Of a stretch of DNA of 64,000 nucleotides, positions 48,667 through 57,200 are shown one piece after another. The notes beneath the pieces are model-generated. The model was not told the origin of the DNA, ran no database searches, and saw only the letters and a list, made by a program, of their open reading frames with translations. Positions within the stretch are counted from its first letter, which is position 1, and each line of letters begins with the position of its first letter. The translations under genes and the position numbers were made by a program. This stretch comes from Pirellulales bacterium (GTDB lineage: Bacteria > Planctomycetota > Planctomycetia > Pirellulales > JAICIG01): positions 76,211-140,210 of the forward strand of contig JBBDYJ010000010.1 in the NCBI GenBank assembly GCA_040901675.1, written 5' to 3'.

Positions 48667-50294
48667 CGTCCCTCGCGTAGCGAGTCGAAGTACTTGCGGG
48701 AGTGCTCGCGGTAGCCGCGGGGCAACCGCTGGTCGGTTAGCGGATCGGCGTCGCCCGTGCGGGCCGAGTCGAACTGGGTCTTGATCTCCTGCTCGACCTG
48801 CCCCTTGACGTTGGGGCCTTCCACAAAGTCGGTGACCACGGCGGCGCCCTTGCCCAGCTTCTGCTTGACCTTGGTGTCGTAGAAGCCCGTGTTGCCTTTC
48901 TCCTCCGGACGCGCGCCCTGGCCTTGGCCCTCGCCCAGGCCGTCGCCCATGCCGTCCCCATCGCCGCCCCCCATGCAGGCCTTGCACCCCATGCCTTTGC
49001 ACTGCTTGCAGTTCATCGAGTCCATGGCCTGGTTGATCTCGTCCATGGCTTCGTCCAGCATGGCCATTTCGTCCAATTGCTCCTGGAGTTGCGAAAGCTC
49101 CGCCTTCATCGAATCCAGCGCGGCCATGGCGGCGGCCTTGTCGCCCTGCTGCATGCACTCGGAGCACTGGCCCAGCTTCTCGGCCATCTTCTCCAGTTGC
49201 TTCATCTGCTGCGACTGCTTCGACATCTTGTCGAGCTGGCGCTGGAGGCGGTCGGCTTCCTTCGACTGGCCCGCGGCTCGCTTCTCGGCGATCTGCTTCT
49301 CCAGCTCCGATTGTTTCTGCTGGTGGTTCCGGGCCATCTGCCGCAGCTTCTCTTCCATCTGCTGGAGCTGCTTGGAAAGCTGGGCCTTGCTCTTCTCGTC
49401 GAGCTTGCCCTGCTCGAGCTGGTCGCGGAGCTTCTTCAGCTCGTTCTGCGCCTGCTTGAAGTCGCCCTGCCGCAAGGCCTCGGCCAGCTTGTCGCCGGGA
49501 CCCTTTTGAACGTCCTTGAGCCCCTTGAGCTGGTTCTTGAGCTTTTCGCCGCCGCCAAGCTGCTCGCGCCGCTTCTCCAGGTCCTTGGCCAGGTCGTTCA
49601 GCTTGATCATGGCCTGCTTGCGGTCAGCCGTTTTGGCCTCGGCCAGCTTCTTGCTGCCTTGCTCCAGCTTTTTGAACAGCAACTCGGCATCCTTGAGGCC
49701 ATCCTCGCGGGCCTTCTTGCGGCGTTCGATCAGCTTCCGCTGCAAGGCCGCGGTCGAGTTCTTGACCTGCTTGCGTTGGACCGTGGACTGCACCGATCCG
49801 CCGGCCTTGTTGTCACCCAGCGCCGGATTCAAGAACATGGCCACCAGGAAGGCCGCCACGGCGGGCGCCAGAGGCAATAGGGCCCAACGGTTGAACTTGA
49901 GACGGAACTGGTCGGCCATGTGCAGCCGCTCGACGCGGCGCACCGCGTCGTCGGTCAGTGCCCGTCCGGCGGGCGACTCGCGCTCGGCCGAATCGAGGGC
50001 CAGCGTGCTCGACACCCGCTCCTTCAGGCCGAAGCGGCGATCGATCTCCAGGGCCGCCTCCAGGTAGCTGCGGCGCGTGACGAAGGTCCAGAACAGGGCG
50101 GCGATTGCGCCCAGGCCGACCGCGCCGGCCACCCAAGCCCAAGGCTGGACGCCGAGCGGGTAAAACTTGTCGGCGGCGATCAAGGCGGCGGCCGCCATCA
50201 GCGTGGCGAACCAGCACCAGGAAAGGACGCCGAGAAAACGTTGCAAGGTAAGCCGCCGGCGGACGCGCCGGACTTGCCGCTGCAAGACTTCCAT
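48663..50294 (-). CDS. Membrane-anchored long coiled-coil protein with Cys- and Gly-rich C-terminus
   Basis: Two N-terminal TMs, D....LKERVSS, a third TM, K/Q/E heptads, CKQCKGMGCKAC and LPRGYREH..KYF. Confidence 0.75.
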   Translation of the reverse strand: MEVLQRQVRRVRRRLTLQRFLGVLSWCWFATLMAAAALIAADKFYPLGVQPWAWVAGAVGLGAIAALFWTFVTRRSYLEAALEIDRRFGLKERVSSTLALDSAERESPAGRALTDDAVRRVERLHMADQFRLKFNRWALLPLAPAVAAFLVAMFLNPALGDNKAGGSVQSTVQRKQVKNSTAALQRKLIERRKKAREDGLKDAELLFKKLEQGSKKLAEAKTADRKQAMIKLNDLAKDLEKRREQLGGGEKLKNQLKGLKDVQKGPGDKLAEALRQGDFKQAQNELKKLRDQLEQGKLDEKSKAQLSKQLQQMEEKLRQMARNHQQKQSELEKQIAEKRAAGQSKEADRLQRQLDKMSKQSQQMKQLEKMAEKLGQCSECMQQGDKAAAMAALDSMKAELSQLQEQLDEMAMLDEAMDEINQAMDSMNCKQCKGMGCKACMGGGDGDGMGDGLGEGQGQGARPEEKGNTGFYDTKVKQKLGKGAAVVTDFVEGPNVKGQVEQEIKTQFDSARTGDADPLTDQRLPRGYREHSRKYFDSLREGR

Positions 50295-50403
50295 CTCAGG
50301 TGCCTCCAGGAGGGTCACGACCGAGGGATCTCACTCGACCGTTAAGTGTAGCGGATCCAGGGGGGGTGCCGCCAATTCTATTTTCGTTGAAAAGCGAGAT
50401 TTC

Positions 50404-50487
50404 TTGACTTGGGGCTTGGGACTTGGGACTTGGGACTTGTTTTCGGGGGACAAACCAAGTGCAAAGAACAAAGATCAAAGTCCTAAG
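50404..50487. repeat. Heptamer repeat runs in inverted orientation (ttgggac...; caaag..)
   Basis: 7-nt periodicity is visible in both arms. Confidence 0.6.
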
Positions 50488-50551
50488 CTCTGCCTTCTCC
50501 GGTCGGGGCGTTACAATTTGATTGGTTCGCCGGTTACAGTGACGCCCGGTA

Positions 50552-50638
50552 GCCCATAAATCGGGTCACTACGAACAACGGACCCGATGAATCGGGTCAC
50601 TACGAACAACGGGCCCCATCCATGGGGTCACTACGAAC
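50552..50638 (-). repeat. Three tandem GTAG-type REP units (period 31)
   Basis: gacccgatgaatcgggtcactacgaac, i.e. minus-strand GTAG plus hairpin. Confidence 0.85.
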
Positions 50639-50640
50639 CT

Positions 50641-51084
50641 ATGTCCGGCTCGAGCACGGCCCCCACCGCAGCTTCTCTGCCCAGGCCATCCGACCGGCCG
50701 GAGGCGGACGTTTTGATTTATGACGGCAATTGCCGCATCTGTAGGGGCCAGGTACGACGGGTCGCCCGGGCCGACCGTGGGGGGCGGCTCGCTTACCTGT
50801 CGCTGCACGATCCGGAGGTTGCGACCCGCTATCCGGACCTGTCGCACGACGACATGATGCAGGCGATGTACATCGTCGATCGCACGGGCAGGCGGCACCG
50901 CGGCGCCGAGGCGGTGCGGTATTTGTCGCGCCGATTGCCGCTGTTGTGGTGGCTGGCGCCCTTGTTGCACCTCCCCGGCAGCCTTTCCTTGTGGCAGTGG
51001 CTCTATCGCCAGGTAGCCCAAAGGCGGTACCGGCTGGGCCGCGCCGCCGACTGCTCCGACGGCGCCTGCCACGTCCACCGATGA
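50641..51084 (+). CDS. DCC1/DUF393-family thiol-disulfide oxidoreductase-like protein
   Basis: IYDGNCRIC, G..H.GAEA and Y..VA..RY. Confidence 0.88.
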   Translation: MSGSSTAPTAASLPRPSDRPEADVLIYDGNCRICRGQVRRVARADRGGRLAYLSLHDPEVATRYPDLSHDDMMQAMYIVDRTGRRHRGAEAVRYLSRRLPLLWWLAPLLHLPGSLSLWQWLYRQVAQRRYRLGRAADCSDGACHVHR

Positions 51085-51306
51085 AGGAGGAGGGAGGAGG
51101 GAGGAAGGCAGAAGGAGGAAGGCAGAAGGCAGAAGGCAGAAGGAGAAAACGCGCAAGCGTCAATCAACCCTGACCGGGCGAGGCGACAAAGCACGAACGA
51201 CTGGGGCACGCTGCCGCTTTGCCGCCAGCCACCCGCCGAGCGAGAATAAAGGTAGCCCCCGACGATCTTCGTCCTTCTGCCTTCTGCCTTCGTCCTTCTG
51301 CCTTCC
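51083..51306. repeat. Inverted heptamer arrays (gaaggca/g)n ... (cttctgc/cttcgtc)n
   Basis: Arms at 51083-51146 and 51267-51306, flanking a partial REP copy, between convergent genes. Confidence 0.7.
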
Positions 51307-51307
51307 C

Positions 51308-51805
51308 TCAACCTTTTCTCTGCATGGCGCGCTGGATGTCGCGCTGGACGGTGGCCTTCTTCAGCTTTTCGCGCTTGTCGTGAAGCTTGCGGCCCCGGCA
51401 AACGCCCAAGAGCACCTTGGCACGACCTTGCTTGAAGTACATCTTCAAGGGGACCAGGGTCAGACCCTGCTCGTAGGCCTTGCCGGCGAACTTGCGGATC
51501 TCGCGGCGGTGCAAGAGCAGCTTGCGGGGCCGGCGAGGCTCGTGATTGAAGCGGTTGGCCTGGACGTATTCCGGTATGTCGCAGCCAACCAGCCACACCT
51601 CGCCCCCCTTGACGCGCCCATACGCCTCGTCGAGCGACACCTTGCCGGTGCGCAAACTCTTGACCTCGCTGCCTACCAGGGCGATGCCGCACTCCAGCGT
51701 CTCGATCACCTCGTACTCGTGGCGCGCGCGGCGGTTCTGGGCGATGAGCCGTTCGTTGTCGTGCTCCCGATCGGAAATGGGTTGGCTCTTGGGCTTCTTG
51801 GCCGT
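51308..51805 (-). CDS. smpB: SsrA-binding protein SmpB (non-canonical start inferred)
   Basis: IAQNRRARHEY, GIALVGSEVKSLR, RKLLLHRREI, LVPLKMYF and GRKLHDKRE. The conserved N-terminus lies upstream of the first GTG (51709). Confidence 0.93.
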   Translation of the reverse strand, partial: TAKKPKSQPISDREHDNERLIAQNRRARHEYEVIETLECGIALVGSEVKSLRTGKVSLDEAYGRVKGGEVWLVGCDIPEYVQANRFNHEPRRPRKLLLHRREIRKFAGKAYEQGLTLVPLKMYFKQGRAKVLLGVCRGRKLHDKREKLKKATVQRDIQRAMQRKG

Positions 51806-52003
51806 GGCACTGTTCCTTTCGACTCAGTTCCTTTCGACTCGACTTTTCCGCCCCCGCGGCACCTGCTAGAGTAAAATACGTGGACGGCAGCGGGGAAACT
51901 GCCATCAACTGCCATGCAGTCTTTTACTCTGCGGGCCAGTCCGGCTCAAGCGGTCGGTGGACGCCTGGGATGGCTGCCGGTAAGCCGCCGTCCGCCGGCA
52001 ACA

Positions 52004-52091
52004 GACCCCATAAATGGGGTCACACGAACGACGGACCCGATAAATCGGGTCACTACGAACAACGGACCCGATGAATCGGGTCACTACGAAC
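52004..52091 (-). repeat. Three tandem GTAG-type REP units
   Basis: Same unit as 50552-50638. Confidence 0.85.
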
Positions 52092-52101
52092 CGGGAGCGT
52101 C

Positions 52102-52884
52102 ATGTCGATCGACCGCAGGGACAGCCGGCAGGCGACCGCCGCGGCCCGCCGCGTAGGGGGCGGCGATGCGGCGGTGCAGGCCTATCTGCTGGGTTTGATC
52201 GATTACGCCGATTGCCTCGCGCTCCAGCAGCGGCTGGTGTACGAGACGGCGGGCCGCGACGATGGCCTGATCTCGCTGTTGATCTGCGAACACCCGGCGA
52301 TCATCACCATCGGGCGGCAGGGCTCGCGGAGCCATGTGCACATCAGCCGCCGCGAGCTGATCAGCCGGCGGCTCGAGCTGCGGTGGGTGAATCGCGGGGG
52401 AGGCTGCCTGTTGCACGCCCCGGGACAGTTGGCCGTCTACCCGATTGTGCCCCTGGAGTGGCACGGCTTCCGCGTGGGCGACTACCTCGACCGCCTGCAA
52501 GCGGGCATTCTGGCTGCCCTGGCCGACCTGCGTTTCCAGGGCCGGACCTGCCCGCAACGGTTCGGCGTCTGGGGCCGCTCGGGGCAGGTGGCCGCCATCG
52601 GCGCGGCCGTGAAGAACTGGACCAGCTACCACGGCGCCTACATCAACGTGGCCCCGGCCATGCACGTGTTCCGCCGGATCGAGAGCGACCCGGAGGGGGG
52701 CACCGAAATGACGTCGCTGCTGGCCGAGCGGGGGCAGCCGGTTAGAATGTCGGGCGTGCGCGAGGCGCTGGTGCGCCGGCTGTCGGAGGCCTTTGGCTGC
52801 GCACGCTACCACCTGTTCACGGGGCACCCCCTGCTGGCCCGGCCCCGCGGAGCAACGCATGAATCCGCTGCCCGTGCTGGATAG
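52102..52884 (+). CDS. lipB: LipB (octanoyltransferase)-like protein lacking the canonical catalytic Lys and Cys
   Basis: EHP..ITIGR, RGGG...HAPGQLAVYP, GVW, AAIG and HG..IN identify the family. The expected K(I/V)AAIG reads QVAAIG, and the PCG position reads IESDPEG. Confidence 0.75.
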   Translation: MSIDRRDSRQATAAARRVGGGDAAVQAYLLGLIDYADCLALQQRLVYETAGRDDGLISLLICEHPAIITIGRQGSRSHVHISRRELISRRLELRWVNRGGGCLLHAPGQLAVYPIVPLEWHGFRVGDYLDRLQAGILAALADLRFQGRTCPQRFGVWGRSGQVAAIGAAVKNWTSYHGAYINVAPAMHVFRRIESDPEGGTEMTSLLAERGQPVRMSGVREALVRRLSEAFGCARYHLFTGHPLLARPRGATHESAARAG

Positions 52885-53773
52885 CGTGCCGGTCGCCGGG
52901 CACCAGGCCGGCACCCGCCGGCTGCCGCGCTGGCTGAAGCGCGACGTGCCGCTGGGCAACACCAACCACTTCACGGCCCGATTGGTCGATGAGCTGGGGC
53001 TGGAGACGGTCTGCGATAACGCCCGCTGCCCGAACCGCATGGAGTGCTATGCTCAGAAGACGGCCACGTTCATGATTCTGGGCAACGTGTGCACGCGGCC
53101 ATGCGGCTTCTGCGCGGTGGCCAAAGGCAAGACGCAGGCGGTGGACGCGGACGAACCGGACCGCCTGGCTGAAGCCTGCCAGCGATTGGGCCTGCGGCAC
53201 GTGGTGATCACGTCGGTCACGCGTGACGACTTGAGCGACGGCGGCGCCGACCACTTCTATCGCTGCGTGACGGCGGTGCGGGGCCGGACGGGGGCGGCCG
53301 TCGAGGTGCTCACGCCCGACTTTCTGGGCAAATCCGGCGCCATCGAGCGGGTGGTCGCCTCGGCCCCCGACGTCTTCAACCACAACACGGAGACGGTACC
53401 CAGGTTGTACCGGGCGGTGCGGGGACGCAAGAGCGACTATCGCTGGACGCTTACATTGCTCAAGCGAGTCAAGCAGCTTTCGCCCGCGATCCTGACCAAG
53501 AGCGGGTTGATGCTCGGACTGGGCGAAACCAGGGAAGAGCTGTTCGACACGCTGGCCGATCTGTTGGAGACCGGCTGCGATTTGCTGACGCTGGGGCAAT
53601 ACCTGCAGCCCTCGCCTGCGCACCTGGCCGTGGCGCGGTACGTGCCGCCCGAAGAATTCGAGGTACTAGGCGAGGCGGCCCGGCAGATGGGCTTTCGGCA
53701 GGTTGCCAGCGGGCCTTTTGTCCGGTCGAGCTATCATGCCCGGGAGATGCATGCCGGCTCGCAGCCGGCATAG
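52859..53773 (+). CDS. lipA: Lipoyl synthase
   Basis: CDNARCPNRMEC (CX4CX5C), CTRPCGFC (radical SAM), VITSVTRDDL, HNTETV, GQYLQP and RSSYHA. Confidence 0.95.
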   Translation: MNPLPVLDSVPVAGHQAGTRRLPRWLKRDVPLGNTNHFTARLVDELGLETVCDNARCPNRMECYAQKTATFMILGNVCTRPCGFCAVAKGKTQAVDADEPDRLAEACQRLGLRHVVITSVTRDDLSDGGADHFYRCVTAVRGRTGAAVEVLTPDFLGKSGAIERVVASAPDVFNHNTETVPRLYRAVRGRKSDYRWTLTLLKRVKQLSPAILTKSGLMLGLGETREELFDTLADLLETGCDLLTLGQYLQPSPAHLAVARYVPPEEFEVLGEAARQMGFRQVASGPFVRSSYHAREMHAGSQPA

Positions 53774-53814
53774 ACGCGTGCATTTCTCAACGCCACTGGG
53801 CGCGGGGTCATCGA

Positions 53815-54093
53815 ATGGCTGTCCACCGCCACGAATTGTCGATGCCCGATCTGGGACTCGACGACCGTCCGATCACGGTGAGCCTGTGGCTGGTCGACGT
53901 GGGAGATGAAGTGGTTTGCGGCGACCGGGTGGTCGAGCTGTCGGCCGACGGCGTGACGGTGGACCTGCCGGCGCCGGCCAGCGGGTTGCTCGTCGAGACG
54001 CTGGTCGGCGAGGACGAGCCGCTGACGGCGGGGCAGGTGCTGGCCGTCATCGAGAGCGCGGAGGAGGAGGTCGCTGACCTGGCGCGCGGCTGA
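53815..54093 (+). CDS. Stand-alone biotinyl/lipoyl-fold domain with no lysine
   Basis: MPDLG, WLV..GD.V..GD...E, PAPASG.L and GQVLAVI. The lipoyl-Lys position reads ADGV. Confidence 0.85.
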   Translation: MAVHRHELSMPDLGLDDRPITVSLWLVDVGDEVVCGDRVVELSADGVTVDLPAPASGLLVETLVGEDEPLTAGQVLAVIESAEEEVADLARG

Positions 54094-54115
54094 GAGCAAC
54101 CGGAACGGAACCACG

Positions 54116-54206
54116 GACCCGATGAATCGGGTCACTACGAACAGACGGACCCGATGAATCGGGTCGCTACGAACGACGGGCCCCGATAACTCGGCTCACC
54201 ACGGAC
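54116..54206 (-). repeat. Three tandem GTAG-type REP units (third degenerate)
   Basis: Same unit as 50552-50638. Confidence 0.8.
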
Positions 54207-57200
54207 TTAGAGCCGGCCGAAGTATTCGCCGCTGGCAAGGATCCCGGCCTGAACCTGCTCGCGCGAGCTGCCGGTGCCCCAACGGAAAAGCCAGAAGTTC
54301 ATGCCGCTGGAGTCTGGCCCGTGGCCCAGGAAATCGACGTACCACTCGGTAATCAGTCGCCCGCGGTGCTCGGTGCTGTTCAGGAAGCCCATGGCCACAT
54401 CGAACCGAGAAGCTCCGCGCGCCATCGCCAAGGTCCAGTTAGAGACCTCGCTCGACGAGCCGGTGCGCCCCACCAAATCGCGGTAGAAACCGTTCACCAT
54501 CCCGGTGTTGCTGAAACCGTTGCGGGCAAAGTACTCGTCGGACGACAGGATCGTGGCGGCGACCATTTCCGTGGTCAGCCCGGCCCGCATCTGCGCCTGC
54601 CAGTGGTCCAGTGCGCCGAAGTCCGCGCTGCGGCCCAGGAACTGCATGTATAGCTCGTTGATTACGATCGTCCGGTACTCGGCGGAACCGAGGATCGTCA
54701 GGGCGACGGCATCGCGGCTGGCGCCCGCGTTGATCGCGGCTACCCAGCCCAGGATTTCACTGTCGCTGGCGCCCCGGTTGAGCACGTCGCGGTACAGCTT
54801 GCGGACAAAGCTGAAATCGGTGCTGACCAGCCTGATAGTGGCCACGTTGCTGTCCTCGTCGCCGTCGTTGAGGACGAACGTGAACCGATCGAGCCCTGCA
54901 AAGCTGGCTCCCCGCGTGAACATGAAAGTGCCGCTGGGACTCAGCACGAGGCTGCCGTGCAGTGGCGGATTGACCAGCCGGGCGGTCAGGCCGGCGTCCG
55001 ACGGGCCGAGCACACTCGCCTGCAGGCTGTTAAAGCCCGGAGCCAGGGCGAACTCGTTGCTCGTTGCCACGGGCGGTCCCGCGTCGAGCACCGAGATGCT
55101 GACGAGGGCGGTATTCGACAGCGCGCCTCGGTTGTCGCGCACGGCGTAAGTGAAGGCGTCGGAGCCGACGAAATTGACATTGGGCTTGTAGCTAACCTGG
55201 CCGGTGATCGGGTCGACGGTTGCCGTGCCGTTGGCCGGCAGATCGACGACGACCACGGTCGTGACATCGATTGTCCCGTCGGAATCGGCGTCGTTGGCCA
55301 GCACGTCGAGGAGCGTGGTCGTGTTCTTGTTGACGCTGAAGCCGTCATTCTCGGCCAGCGGCGCGTCGTTGGTCTTTTCGACCGTGACGGTCGCGATGTT
55401 CGACACGCTGCCGAACGTATCGGCCACCGTATAGGTGAAGCTGTCGGACAAGGTAAAGGTCGGTCCGGGCGTATAGGTCACGGCCCCGGTGGCCAGGTTC
55501 ACGGCCACCGAGCCGTGGGAGGGGCCGGAGACGATCGTGACGCTGGATGGGTTGAGCGAGTCGTCGGGGTCGCTGTCGTTGGCCAGGACGTCGATTTCCA
55601 CGGCCGTGCCCAGCGGCGTAAAGGCCAGATCGTCTTCGGCGACGGGCGGGTCGTTCACGCCGCTGACATCGACCGTCACGGGCGTAAAGCGCGAGGGCGC
55701 CCCTTCGTTGTCGCGCACCAGGTAGGTGAACGTGTCGACGCCGTTGAAGCCGGGGTCGGGGGTATAGGTGATCCGGCCCGTGACGGGATCCACGCTCACC
55801 GCGCCGTTGGCCGGAGGCGTGCCGATGATCACGCTTGCCGGATCGAGCGAGCCGTCGGGGTCGACGTCGTTGGCCAGCACGTCGATGATCACCGGCGTAT
55901 TCTCGTTGGTGAGCACGCTGTCGTTGCCGGTCCGCGGCGGATGCGTCGTCACACCGTAGAAGTTCATGCTCCAGGAATTGAAGGTGCCGACCTCGCCGGT
56001 TCTCAAGTCGGCGACTTCCAGGGTCCACGTGCCCGCCGACGACTCGCCCCAGGAATGGGTCGTGGAGAAGACCCAGTTGTTGTAGTTGTCGGTGGCGTCG
56101 TTGCGCGTATCGGCGAGCACGCTGGTCGTGCCGTCGGGCGATGTCAACTGCACCCGCAAATCGCCGATGTTGCCGTGTGTCACGTTCAGAACCACTTCCA
56201 CCCATTCCAGCGTGATATCGGTGTCGAGCTGGGCGGTCGACTTCGCCCCGACAAATCCTTCCGGGATGGGCCTGCTCACGTTGATCGTGGGCGTGCTGAA
56301 GCTGGTCTCGGGCAGCACCGGGCTCCAGACGGCGGCCAGGTCCACGGCGTCGTTGGCGTTGACCGCGCCGAAACCGTACTTGTGGTTCACGTGGAAGCCC
56401 GCTCCATTAGTCTCCCAGTCGGCGTCGAACGGATCGCTCTTGACAGCGGTCTCCGCCAGGATGTTCATCACGTCGCGGTACGTCAGATCCGGATTCATGT
56501 CGAGCATCAATGCCACTACCCCGGCGGCCAGCGGCGTGGCCGACGAGGTGCCGCTGAACGTGCTGGTGTAATCCAGATCGGGGAAGACGTCGCCGTCAGC
56601 GGCCCCCGCCAAGAAGTTGTAACCCTGGGCGCCGATGCGGTCGGTGGTGGTGATACTGTCCGGATCGTCGCCCGACCAGGTGTAGGCCGAAATCAGGATC
56701 GAAGCGCCCGGCGTGCTATACAGGGCCTGTGCGCCATTGTCGTCGATGCCGGCCACGGTGATCACAAACCGCGATTTGGTGAGTCCGCTGTAGTTGGTGT
56801 TGTCGAAGACCTCGTTCGAGTTGCCGGCGGCGAACAGGAAAATGCTCCCCAGGCCTCCGCGGCCGAACGTGGCGCCGTTCTCGAGCGCAAAGGCCACCGG
56901 CGGGCCGATGTCGATCGGCGCCACCTGCGTGCCACGGCCGAAACCCCAACTGTTGTTGTAGATGTGGATCTCTTGATCCCTGTGGGTCAGCGCGGCTGCA
57001 ATGTCGAAATCGGTCGGCTGTTCGCCGATCAAGCGCAAACCGGCAATCTGGGCCAACGGAGCGCTGCCCGTCAGGCCCGTGCCGTTGTTGCCGTGAGCGG
57101 CGGCCACGCCGGCGACCGCCGTCCCGTGGTTATCGCTGGCGAACACGGGCGAAGGATCGGCGTCGCCCTCGTTGAAGTCGAAGCTCAAATCGGCGCGGTA

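Noticed and set aside
51841..52003. tmRNA (ssrA) adjacent to smpB
   Set aside because: The space is too short and there are no tRNA-like ends.
50552..54206. Possible mini-CRISPR arrays (27-nt repeat triplets)
   Set aside because: Only 4-5 nt separate the units, so there are no spacers. The GTAG-hairpin structure fits REP elements.
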